This document shows positions 1-9,015 of a stretch of 64,000 bases of DNA, one piece after another. Under the pieces are notes generated by a model. It saw only the letters and a program-made list of their open reading frames with translations, searched no databases and was not told the DNA's origin. Numbering within the stretch: position 1 is the stretch's first letter; every line of letters begins with the position of its first letter. The translations under genes were made by a program, and so were the position numbers. The stretch is from Oculina patagonica (taxonomy: Eukaryota): the NCBI RefSeq assembly GCF_052425735.1, contig NC_135769.1, forward strand, positions 30,132,001 to 30,196,000, in the 5' to 3' direction.

Positions 1-618
1 GACACTGAAGACGATATAGTCTCGAACTTTAAACAAGTATACGATTTCATGCCAAATCAATGTTTTCGTATGCTACTTTGCGCTCCGAGTAATATGGGAA
101 AGACTAATACTTTAATGCATATGATTTACAATTTATTATATTTCGATAAAATATATTTATATGCAAAAAATTTAGACCAGTCTAAATACCAGAATCTTAT
201 CAATGTGTTCCAACCAATAAGCGATGAAGCTGGTTATAACATTATTGAAGCTAGTAACGACCAAATAATTCCTGTTTCTAAACTAAATGATGATAATCAA
301 AAGCTCGTGATATTTGACGATTATGTTTGTGATAAAAATCAAAAACCATTAATCGATTATTTTATACAAGGGAGACATAAAAACTGTAGCGTGATATATT
401 TGTCTCAAAGCTATTTTAAAACGAAAAAAGACATAAGACTTAACTGTTCGCATTTCTGTATTTACGAATTCCCAAGTGCTAATGAGAGGGCACTGATATG
501 CCGTGAAAACAGTATTCCAAAAGAGCTATACGAGCAAGCAACTAAAGACCCATTCAGCTTTTTATATATTGATAAACCACGTAAATTCATAACAAAAAAT
601 TTCGATGAGAAGATTTAA
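1..618 (+). CDS. A32-like (FtsK/HerA) DNA-packaging ATPase, probably 5'-truncated by window edge
   Basis: Walker A APSNMGKT, Walker B LVIFDD, then QGRH-x3-SVIYLSQ and IRLN motifs of poxvirus A32/Polinton ATPases. Frame is open from base 1 (DTEDDIVSNFKQVYDF) into the Met at 49. Confidence 0.9.
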   Translation, partial: DTEDDIVSNFKQVYDFMPNQCFRMLLCAPSNMGKTNTLMHMIYNLLYFDKIYLYAKNLDQSKYQNLINVFQPISDEAGYNIIEASNDQIIPVSKLNDDNQKLVIFDDYVCDKNQKPLIDYFIQGRHKNCSVIYLSQSYFKTKKDIRLNCSHFCIYEFPSANERALICRENSIPKELYEQATKDPFSFLYIDKPRKFITKNFDEKI

Positions 619-637
619 TCTAACATATTAACAGAAA

Positions 638-2677
638 ATGGGGTACATTAATGACGAAAATGATTTTATGCATACCAAATATTCTCAAAGTGCAAAACCT
701 GCAATTGGTTTTAAACTGACAGCTTCTGGTGATTATGATATGGACAAGAAGAAAATATTCGATCTAAAAACTCAGGATGACGTAGCCTTTGATGCCGATC
801 TAGATACCTACGCCAAGGATTTAGGGAGTGCTGTCAATAAACGGTATGTTAACCAATTTTTAATGAAAAAAAACAGTGACGAAACACATTTTGATTGCGT
901 AGGTTTATCACTTCAAAATACTGAAGATTATTACGATGGGTTATATAATGACCGTTCAATACCGAATGTCAAATACGTGAATTTACAAGACAATAAGTTA
1001 AGATCAGAGCTAAATAACAAACTCACTGACAAAGCCGATCTTAGTACCAATAATGAACAAACGTTTAACAGCATAATAAATGTACCGAATTTCGATCAAG
1101 GCTATAGTAATATGTCTAACGTTATGAATAAAAGGTATATTGACTCAAGAGATGCGCTTAAAGCTGATAAAACATATGCCGATAGTACTTTTTTGACAAA
1201 ACAGACAGGTGGAATTCTAGCCCAATCTCTTCAGAGCAAGGCAGACAAATCGTACGCTGATGATACTTTTTTAACTAAGAAAACAGGAGGTGTCTTAGCT
1301 CAAAAAATCCAATACGTGCTTGATCATACGAGTGAATCACACGTTAGTCCAATTGATCAAAAAAATGTATTCGATAAAATTATGACAGATCAATACAATC
1401 AACTGTCTGAAGAAAATGACATTGAACTTGGTGACACAATTGAGCATCCAAATCCTGTTCATCAAATCAATAAAAAGGTGATAGATGCAAAATTACTTCT
1501 TGATAGTTCGAAAAATTACTACTCAAGCAGATTAGGTATCAACATGTACTCATATGAAATCGATCATTACACGATGATAATTGAAATATTTTATCCAACA
1601 GAAATTGACAAAAATACCATCGATATCGATGCCGTCTCATTATTAGACACCGTAAATAAAACAACTACACGAACTCATGATGATTATTCCAGAACTCTAG
1701 TACAAATTAATAAATATCAGCAACATCCCAACAACTATTTGTATATCGATATCGTCTTAAAAATGAAGTCTGGACACTCATATGTCCAAAAATTGCAAAC
1801 ATACCTCGTTATTTATGGGATTAAGAGCTTTCAAAGTAACGTTGATCCCACTATATACGATCAAATATATTATATAGCTAATGATCAAATTGTTTTCAAT
1901 ACACCAATCAATATGAATACACAGGCTATTTATGGTATTGAAGAAGGTACTACTGATGATCAAGCTGTGAATCTCAAACAGTTAAATAGTTACAATAATG
2001 CTCTCAAAATCTCCCTTGAAAACAAAATTAAATTACTACGACCCAAAAGTTATTATAATGAAGTGTTTGAATACTTTTTTGATTTATTAGATGTATCGAA
2101 TTTTACTATGTCAGATAGCAACGGCAGTGTTGTTTCTGGCTTAGGTAGTAATCTCGTTTTTCAAACTACTAAATTGTTAACAGAATTTGAACCAAAAGGG
2201 GGCTTTATAGGTGTTTTCGTAATTAATTTAAATGAAAATATCACTGAATCAAATGACTACACTATATATATATCATTTAAAAATGACTATAAACTCGGTG
2301 ATAATAAAAGAATTAAAATAGAATTAGGCAACGAGGGTAGCTTTCATTTCCCATGGATAAAAGTAGAGAATAATAAATTAGCACTTGAATATGATTTAGA
2401 TTCATATACAGAGCAAATCAGAGATGTTTATATAACTAAATTTTTAAACCTCTGGTATACTAAAATAGGGAATCAATTTAGAATCGCTGTTTGCAATAAT
2501 GCTATGAGTATTGATCAAACATTTTCTGGGTTTAATATCAATACATCTAGCATTAAAATTTCTTCAGATTACTTTGTACAAAGAATTGGTTTTAGTAACA
2601 CAGCAATGTCAGTGAATAGTCGAGAGTATCACAAAGTCCAATTTTTAGATAAAACAATGGGTATATTCTTCGAATAA
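638..2677 (+). CDS. Putative virion fibre/spike-like protein (679 aa)
   Basis: N-terminal GFKLT-x-GDYD motif, several neck-like motifs (SAVNKRYV, IPNVKYVN, VMNKRYID, DQAVNLKQL), a 26-aa internal repeat and a beta-rich C-terminal domain; adjacent to the packaging ATPase. Confidence 0.6.
   Translation: MGYINDENDFMHTKYSQSAKPAIGFKLTASGDYDMDKKKIFDLKTQDDVAFDADLDTYAKDLGSAVNKRYVNQFLMKKNSDETHFDCVGLSLQNTEDYYDGLYNDRSIPNVKYVNLQDNKLRSELNNKLTDKADLSTNNEQTFNSIINVPNFDQGYSNMSNVMNKRYIDSRDALKADKTYADSTFLTKQTGGILAQSLQSKADKSYADDTFLTKKTGGVLAQKIQYVLDHTSESHVSPIDQKNVFDKIMTDQYNQLSEENDIELGDTIEHPNPVHQINKKVIDAKLLLDSSKNYYSSRLGINMYSYEIDHYTMIIEIFYPTEIDKNTIDIDAVSLLDTVNKTTTRTHDDYSRTLVQINKYQQHPNNYLYIDIVLKMKSGHSYVQKLQTYLVIYGIKSFQSNVDPTIYDQIYYIANDQIVFNTPINMNTQAIYGIEEGTTDDQAVNLKQLNSYNNALKISLENKIKLLRPKSYYNEVFEYFFDLLDVSNFTMSDSNGSVVSGLGSNLVFQTTKLLTEFEPKGGFIGVFVINLNENITESNDYTIYISFKNDYKLGDNKRIKIELGNEGSFHFPWIKVENNKLALEYDLDSYTEQIRDVYITKFLNLWYTKIGNQFRIAVCNNAMSIDQTFSGFNINTSSIKISSDYFVQRIGFSNTAMSVNSREYHKVQFLDKTMGIFFE
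1160..1303 (+). repeat. Coding tandem repeat, 78-nt period, in the fibre-like ORF
   Basis: KADKTYADSTFLTKQTGGILAQ at 1160 and KADKSYADDTFLTKKTGGVLAQ at 1238, with many synonymous differences. Confidence 0.85.
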
Positions 2678-2697
2678 ATTATCTAACTCACTATTAT

Positions 2698-2814
2698 ATG
2701 AAAACTGCAGATTTAATACATGAGATGCTGAAAACTATTGAACGGTTGATTAAAAATATCAGAAAATTATACAACAGATTTAAAAATAGAAAGAAAACAT
2801 TGTCTAATCAATAA
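2698..2814 (+). CDS. 38-aa basic amphipathic peptide (below the ORF-track cutoff)
   Basis: MKTADLIHEMLKTIERLIKNIRKLYNRFKNRKKTLSNQ*. Fills the gap between two viral ORFs and has the same upstream TCTAA motif as its neighbours. Confidence 0.55.
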   Translation: MKTADLIHEMLKTIERLIKNIRKLYNRFKNRKKTLSNQ

Positions 2815-2817
2815 TAT

Positions 2818-3306
2818 ATGACAAAACAACGCAAAAATATATTCGAATGGAACCATATTAGTGACAAGTTAAATCAATCGCAAATTCAAGAATTGAAAGA
2901 ATACTACAAAGTTTATCATAAAAAGTGTTGGTGTTATAAAAAAGCTACAAAAAGCTTTAGAAGGCTGAAATTAATAGGCAATTCGCTGGCTATTTTATTC
3001 GCTTCAGGAGGCATAGTATCGTCCATTTCAACTGGTGGTATCAGCCTGATTGCAATCAGCACGGGAGCTTTATTGATACAAGGCTGGCTTCAGCATCAGA
3101 ATCTCGATTTAAAAATTCAAAATGGAATTTTTGCTTATCAAAGCTATCAGCATTTGCTTAATACAATAAAATTCATGTTAAGAACGGGGGAATATGAACT
3201 ATCCAATATCTTTTTAATGATGAAAACTACTGACGACTACATATGCGATACCGGTCCAATAATCGATCGGTATCTGCTCAAATATGATGATAAATTTACT
3301 GAATAA
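2818..3306 (+). CDS. Two-TM membrane protein, SLATT-like architecture
   Basis: Basic helix YKVYHKKCWCYKK, then a Gly/Ser-rich hydrophobic hairpin (LIGNSLAILFASGGIVSSISTGGISLIAISTGALLIQGW), then a helical C-terminus AYQSYQHLLNTI. ORF is solid; the family call is tentative. Confidence 0.55.
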   Translation: MTKQRKNIFEWNHISDKLNQSQIQELKEYYKVYHKKCWCYKKATKSFRRLKLIGNSLAILFASGGIVSSISTGGISLIAISTGALLIQGWLQHQNLDLKIQNGIFAYQSYQHLLNTIKFMLRTGEYELSNIFLMMKTTDDYICDTGPIIDRYLLKYDDKFTE

Positions 3307-3832
3307 TCCGTGCAATCTCAGCCGATTTTAATGCTAAAATCTCACCCCAATACCGATCATTAAAAGCTCGCGTTTTTTTTGATTCAGTAACACAGATGAA
3401 ATTGTATGGGATACCGAGCATTTTAAACAGCTGTCTTATAATATATTTCGTTGAGATCATCCTCTTTCTTCTTTTATTTATAGATGGAAGAATAGTGTCG
3501 ATCTCATGAAACACTTTGTAAATCTTATCGCGCTGATTATGAGACAATTGAACTCCATTTTTAATACATAAATCGTTTAAAACATTCCTAATATGGTATT
3601 TACGATGATATACCGATTTTCGCCGTATTCTATGCATATTCTCATAAAAATCAAAATACTCGCTAACATATTTATAATTCTGAGTCCCGCAATTTTGGCA
3701 TACTTTCATATATGCATCTTCCAAAATATCAGGTTTATCACAGCAATGATCAACAACTTTATCTCCTGCATATAATAACTCATTGCAAAAAATACAAGAA
3801 CCCTCGCTATGTATCTGTGTATCACAAAACAT
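3296..3832 (-). CDS. VLTF3 (poxvirus A2)-like late transcription factor with TFIIB-type Zn ribbon
   Basis: CCDKPDILED-x4-VCQNCG ribbon; YHRKYHIRNVL, F-x2-I, RKRMISTKYIIRQLFKMLG and SKKT-x4-DRYW-x2-I parallel the VLTF3 blocks YKRxNHF, RKNFLSYxYVLxKxxxLL and KSxxKLxxxDxxWxxI. Likely start is MFCDTQ at 3832 rather than 3868. Confidence 0.78.
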   Translation of the reverse strand: MFCDTQIHSEGSCIFCNELLYAGDKVVDHCCDKPDILEDAYMKVCQNCGTQNYKYVSEYFDFYENMHRIRRKSVYHRKYHIRNVLNDLCIKNGVQLSHNQRDKIYKVFHEIDTILPSINKRRKRMISTKYIIRQLFKMLGIPYNFICVTESKKTRAFNDRYWGEILALKSAEIARIIQ

Positions 3833-3862
3833 CTTATATATAAATATATTTATATAAAGATG
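3830..3862. promoter_or_regulatory. Palindromic AT-rich element with an outward-facing ATG at each end (candidate bidirectional promoter)
   Basis: CATCTT-A-TATATAAATATATTTATATA-AAGATG is a perfect inverted repeat except for one bulged A. Confidence 0.55.
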
Positions 3863-4268
3863 GTTCAAGGCAATAGAATTAAGTTATGAAGACTATCGTC
3901 GAGTTTGTCTATGTTTGCATGCATTGTTATATCGTCTAAAATGCAATTATGGAAACACTCGTAATTGAATACGCAACGCATATAAACTTTACTCAAAAAG
4001 TTTATAATAAAAAAAATTCTTACTCATGACCTTGGAAAGTAATGATGACTCATTTTCATGGGAAATCCCCTATAGTTGCTTGGCAGAGTAAGACATCTTC
4101 ACAAAAATATTTCACAAAATGAATAATGTTTTTACAAAATATTTCACAATTGTGTAGCAAAATGTGAAGTTTTTGATTGGCTAAAAAATCATATGAAGAA
4201 GCATTTTAAATATTAATCATTTCAAAACCGTTGGGGTTCCAGCCCTGATTTGCAGATGTCAACTTAAG

Positions 4269-4333
4269 CCAAAACCAAAAAACGAACCAACTTTTCAACC
4301 AAAACCAAAAAACGAACCAACTTTTCAACCAAA
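4269..4333. repeat. 30-bp perfect direct tandem repeat (x2) in viral intergenic region
   Basis: AAAACCAAAAAACGAACCAACTTTTCAACC at 4271-4300 and 4301-4330. Confidence 0.95.
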
Positions 4334-4448
4334 TGGTTTAATTATGGGCAAGAATTCATGCATTATTAAATATTAATCATGTTACGCATCTGTTTATATC
4401 TAAACGCACTATAACTGGTATAAAGAAATAATATATAGTATTATATTA

Positions 4449-4673
4449 ATGGGAAGGAATCTTAAATACGATAATGATGAAGACAGACGTAACGCTATTA
4501 CTAAATCAAAGACGAAATACATGCTTAATAAGCCTTGGTATTGTGATATTTGTGAATATCACAGTTGCCTTGCAGGAAAATGGAGTCATATGATGACCAA
4601 AAAGCATATTAAAAATGCTGTTATTAAAGCTCTTGAAGATGATGATCGGTTTAATATTATACCTGATGAATAA
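4449..4673 (+). CDS. Small C2H2 (U1/matrin-type) zinc-finger protein
   Basis: WYCDIC-x11-H-x5-H (CDICEYHSCLAGKWSHMMTKKH) preceded by a basic helix. Confidence 0.7.
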   Translation: MGRNLKYDNDEDRRNAITKSKTKYMLNKPWYCDICEYHSCLAGKWSHMMTKKHIKNAVIKALEDDDRFNIIPDE

Positions 4674-4860
4674 CATATAAAGAAAAATTATATAATTATA
4701 TATTGTATAGCACAGTATATATGAATTGCTGTTATCTGTTGCCTTAGGTGACCAAAAATATATTTATTTCTGGTTATCTTTTGAACACACCAAAAATCTA
4801 AAAAATTATTTTTTACTATAGATACTTAAAGAAATGGTAATTCTATATAGTACATAAAAA

Positions 4861-7800
4861 ATGACACAAAAAAATATCTCAACCAATATTAATATGGACG
4901 AATCTGATCTCAACAATCTATCTAAAACCGACCTTATAAAACTCATTTTATCACTAAAAGCCGAACCAAAAGCACACGAAAACCAAAAAGCCCAACCAAA
5001 AGCACACGAGCACCAAAAGGTCGAGCCGAAAGCACACGAGCCCCAGAAGCCGAATCAATGCCCCACCCCCTCGCGTAAAATACCAAAAAAGAAGACATAC
5101 CAATCTCATTCAAATACTCCTAAACCAATAACAAAAACCCATAATACTCTTAAACAACTATCAAAAAGTTACCTGAGGGATGCAAAGGCACTAGGCTATA
5201 CATGGATAGATCTTGTAAAAAACTCAACAAGGCAAAAAGTAATCAATAAAATTCAAACCGATAAGACCTTAAACAGGACACTCAATGAATTTAATTTCGA
5301 TGACAGTATTTTTGATTCAACATCCAATGACCAACCTCTATTCAAAATAACGGAAATCGGAAATACAGCGAATAAAAAATTCAATGCTTATACCAATGAA
5401 TTCAAAATAAATGTACGAAAAAATTTCATAAACAATAAAAATGATGTTTTCAGTGTATTTGAAAAAATGGTTGAAATGACAATAAAGAAAAGGCAGTTAA
5501 AAGGTAATGATAGATTCAGATTGGTAATTTCAAATGATGAATTAGATCATCCTATCTCAACAAAATTGTTAAAAGTTTCTGATTTCAAGTTAAATCAACT
5601 TTTAGATGTAATCAATACGTTGGAGTATAAAGAAATAAATTTAGAAAATTGCAAAATAATTATTCAATCTGTTAAAATACCTTCAGGTAAAGGTCGACTA
5701 TATTTATCAAAACAAACAGTAAATAGGAAACAATGCATTATCACAATAAAAAACACCGACTCAATATGCCTTGCTAGGGCAATAGTAACAGGTTATGCTA
5801 ATTTACACCCTGAGAATTACACTACAACTCAGTTGAAAGATGGATTCAATAAAAGTAGGAAACTACAACAAATTCAAGCCAAAGAGCTACATAACAATGC
5901 TAATGTTTCAATAAACGATTATGGAAATTCTTTAGAAGATGTAAATAGCTTTGCATTACATTTAGATGTAGAAATAAATATAATCGATAGTGAGCAATTC
6001 AATGAGATTATATATACTTCCAATAAGGGAAAAGCTGATAAAATTTATCTATACAAAACACGGAATCATTTTGATGTTATAAAATCAATGACAGCTTTTT
6101 TAAATGTAGCATATTTCTGTCATTCTTGTAAAAAAACTTATACGAAACGTGATAAACATAAATGTCCTCAGAAATGCTTATGTTGTTTTAAATATTTTTC
6201 AGATGGTAAAAAATGTGATGGTAAAGACGTAACCTGCAATCACTGCAATCGTGTTTTCCATGGTAATAGTTGTTTTAAAAACCATACTAGTAACCGATCG
6301 AAAAAAGATGGAAATGATTCAGTATGTAGCAGTGTAGCAAAATGTTTAAAATGCAATCAAATCATACTAAAACCATATATTAAAATACATAAATGCGGTT
6401 TCAAAATGTGTAATAACTGTAATAAATATTGTGAAAGCAAACATGAATGTTTCATGAAAAAGATAAAAGTTATGGGTGGAAATTGCATCAAAAATAGCAA
6501 AAAACCATGCCGATTAAATAAAAACATTCTCAAAAAAGATCATTGCTACTCATGTAAAACGTATAATGAAAAATATTTATTTTTTGATTTCGAATGTACC
6601 CAAAACACTGGAATACACGAAGTCAATTTAGCTATCTGTTATGATTTCGATGGTAATGAATTAATCTTCAATGATATTAATAGTTTTTGTAATAAAATCG
6701 TCAATGAAAAATATAAAGGATATACACTTTTGGCTCATAATAGCAAAGGGTATGACAGTCATTTTATACTAAAATGGTGTATAGATAATGGTTTCAAACC
6801 TTATTGTATTTACAATGGTGCAAAAATTATGATGATGGAAATTTCACAATTAAGAATCAAAATAATCGACAGCTTAAATTTCATTCAACAATCGTTATCA
6901 TCGTTTCCTAAAACGTTTGGTTTAAACGAGTTGAAAAAAGGATATTTTCCACATTATTTCAACAAAGTTTGTAATCAAAAGTATATAGGAGAGATGCCTT
7001 CCAAAAAACATTATGGCTATAATCAAATGAAAACAGAAGATAGACAGAAATTTTTACAATGGTATGACGATCGTGTTAATGAAAATTATGTTTTCGATTT
7101 CAAAAAAGAGATAGTTGAATACTGTCGTTCGGATGTTGATATATTGAGGCGATGCATGCTAAAATTTAGACAAGATTTTATAAATGAAGAAAATATTGAT
7201 CCACTAAAATACATCACAATAGCTGGTGTTTGTATGGCTATTTATAGAGGTAATTATATGCCTAAAAATACCATAGCTGTAGTTGATAACGTTGTTCAAA
7301 CAGAAAACCATAGTGCAGTCAGTATTGCATGGCTTGATTACATTGCTGAGAAAAATAATATTAAAATCCAACATGCCTTAGAAGGTGGCGAAAAAGTTAT
7401 CAATAACAAATTAAAAGTAGATGGATTTTGTGAATCTACAAAAACTGTTTATGAATTTCAAGGTTGTTTCTGGCATGGTTGTCCAGATTGTTACAAGCCT
7501 GATGTAATCAATAATAAGAATCAATGCGATATGGGTACTTTATATAATAAAACAAAAGCTAAAAACAACAAAATAACGAGTGCTGGTTACAATCTTATTG
7601 AGATGTGGGAATGTAAATTAAAAAAGGATAAAAGTTTTCAGAAATATTATAAAAATGATTTGAATAGAGAAGTGGTTGGACCACTAAACCCAAGGGATGG
7701 ATTTTTCGGAGGAAGGACTAATGCTTCCAAGCTCTTATACAATTTCAAAGATGGTGAATATGGTAAATATGTTGATTTCTGCTCCTTGTACCCAACTGTC

Positions 7801-9015
7801 CAGTTCTACAAGAAATATCCCATAGGTCATCCTGAAAAAATTATATCGCCAGAAAAATACGATAAGAAATGGTATGGATTCATAAAATGTAAAATTTTGG
7901 CACCAAGAGAACTATACCATCCTGTTCTGCCTCAAAAAATAAAATGTGAAAATTCTGAAAAGCTAATGTTCCCTCTGTGTATATCATGTGCTAAATCAAA
8001 GCAACAAGAAAGATGCCAACATAATGAAAATGAACGATCATTCATAGGCACATGGACAACCGATGAAGTCAACAAAGCCATTGAAAAAGGGTATAGAATT
8101 ACAAAAATATATGAAGTTTGGCATTTTGAAAACTCATCCGACGATCTATTCAAGGGATATATAAAAAAATTTATGAAACTCAAACTTGAATCAACGAAAT
8201 ATAATTTTAAAAATAACAATGACGAGATGAATTTCAGAAATAAAGTCAAAAAGAATTTAGATATTGATTTAGGTGAATTAAATGAAAATTCAGGTTTACG
8301 AGCCATTGCAAAAATGTGTTTAAACTCACTTTGGGGGAAATTTGGTCAACGAAATAACATGAATCAGTGCAAATACGTAACTGATATAAATGAATTTTAT
8401 CAAGTAGTTCTCGACGATACTATAGGTAATTTAAACATGAATTTCATAACCGATGAGATGGTACAGATGAGTTACACTTATAAGGATCAGTTTGTTGATA
8501 ATTCCTATAATACAAATATCTATGTAGCCTGTTTCACGACTAGCAGTGCACGGTTAATGTTGTATGAAAAACTAGACTATTTAGATAAACAGGTATTATA
8601 TTTTGATACAGATAGTATTGTGTATATCGAATCTCAAAATAGTAAGGTGATAGAAACAGGTGATATGTTAGGTGATTTAACAGATGAATTAGGGGGTGAA
8701 GCTATAAATAATACATTCGTTTCTGGAGGTCCAAAGAATTACAGTTTCACATATGGAAATAATAAACAGAAATGTGTTATTAAAGGTTTCAGGTTAAACC
8801 ATGAAAATTCCCAGATACTGAATCACGCAAATATGATTAAAATTGTAAAGAACGAAATCAAAGAACTCACATTAGTAAATGAAAATAAAATTACCAGACA
8901 GAATAAACAAATTGTAAACAAATATGAAGAAAAGGTATACACCTTTGGATATGACAAGCGCGCAATAAAATACATATCGGAAAGCTGTATAGAAACATAT
9001 CCTTATGGATATTAA
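4861..9015 (+). CDS. Protein-primed family B DNA polymerase (pPolB) with OTU-like domain, Cys-rich region and Vsr-like nuclease insertion
   Basis: Exo motifs FFDFEC, AHNSKGYD, YCRSDV; Pol motifs YVDFCSLYP, KMCLNSLWGKFGQ, YFDTDS, GPKNY. DSICLARAI...HFDVI upstream (OTU-like dyad). VDGF...YEFQGCFWHGC...EMWEC between exo and pol. No stops over 1384 aa. Confidence 0.97.
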   Translation: MTQKNISTNINMDESDLNNLSKTDLIKLILSLKAEPKAHENQKAQPKAHEHQKVEPKAHEPQKPNQCPTPSRKIPKKKTYQSHSNTPKPITKTHNTLKQLSKSYLRDAKALGYTWIDLVKNSTRQKVINKIQTDKTLNRTLNEFNFDDSIFDSTSNDQPLFKITEIGNTANKKFNAYTNEFKINVRKNFINNKNDVFSVFEKMVEMTIKKRQLKGNDRFRLVISNDELDHPISTKLLKVSDFKLNQLLDVINTLEYKEINLENCKIIIQSVKIPSGKGRLYLSKQTVNRKQCIITIKNTDSICLARAIVTGYANLHPENYTTTQLKDGFNKSRKLQQIQAKELHNNANVSINDYGNSLEDVNSFALHLDVEINIIDSEQFNEIIYTSNKGKADKIYLYKTRNHFDVIKSMTAFLNVAYFCHSCKKTYTKRDKHKCPQKCLCCFKYFSDGKKCDGKDVTCNHCNRVFHGNSCFKNHTSNRSKKDGNDSVCSSVAKCLKCNQIILKPYIKIHKCGFKMCNNCNKYCESKHECFMKKIKVMGGNCIKNSKKPCRLNKNILKKDHCYSCKTYNEKYLFFDFECTQNTGIHEVNLAICYDFDGNELIFNDINSFCNKIVNEKYKGYTLLAHNSKGYDSHFILKWCIDNGFKPYCIYNGAKIMMMEISQLRIKIIDSLNFIQQSLSSFPKTFGLNELKKGYFPHYFNKVCNQKYIGEMPSKKHYGYNQMKTEDRQKFLQWYDDRVNENYVFDFKKEIVEYCRSDVDILRRCMLKFRQDFINEENIDPLKYITIAGVCMAIYRGNYMPKNTIAVVDNVVQTENHSAVSIAWLDYIAEKNNIKIQHALEGGEKVINNKLKVDGFCESTKTVYEFQGCFWHGCPDCYKPDVINNKNQCDMGTLYNKTKAKNNKITSAGYNLIEMWECKLKKDKSFQKYYKNDLNREVVGPLNPRDGFFGGRTNASKLLYNFKDGEYGKYVDFCSLYPTVQFYKKYPIGHPEKIISPEKYDKKWYGFIKCKILAPRELYHPVLPQKIKCENSEKLMFPLCISCAKSKQQERCQHNENERSFIGTWTTDEVNKAIEKGYRITKIYEVWHFENSSDDLFKGYIKKFMKLKLESTKYNFKNNNDEMNFRNKVKKNLDIDLGELNENSGLRAIAKMCLNSLWGKFGQRNNMNQCKYVTDINEFYQVVLDDTIGNLNMNFITDEMVQMSYTYKDQFVDNSYNTNIYVACFTTSSARLMLYEKLDYLDKQVLYFDTDSIVYIESQNSKVIETGDMLGDLTDELGGEAINNTFVSGGPKNYSFTYGNNKQKCVIKGFRLNHENSQILNHANMIKIVKNEIKELTLVNENKITRQNKQIVNKYEEKVYTFGYDKRAIKYISESCIETYPYGY
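4960..5050 (+). repeat. Three 30-nt coding repeats at the pPolB N-terminus
   Basis: AEPKAHENQK / AQPKAHEHQK / VEPKAHEPQK. Confidence 0.85.

Noticed and set aside
4269-4333. CRISPR-like array
   Set aside because: Two abutting repeats with no spacers in eukaryotic viral DNA.
4420-4860. TAAAGAAA motif repeated three times as an early promoter
   Set aside because: One of three copies precedes only an 8-codon ORF and the DNA is very AT-rich; too weak to call.
7932-8306. Antisense ORFs within pPolB, GPCRs and other short ORFs in the track
   Set aside because: Shadow frames of real genes or chance ORFs in repeats; no motifs.
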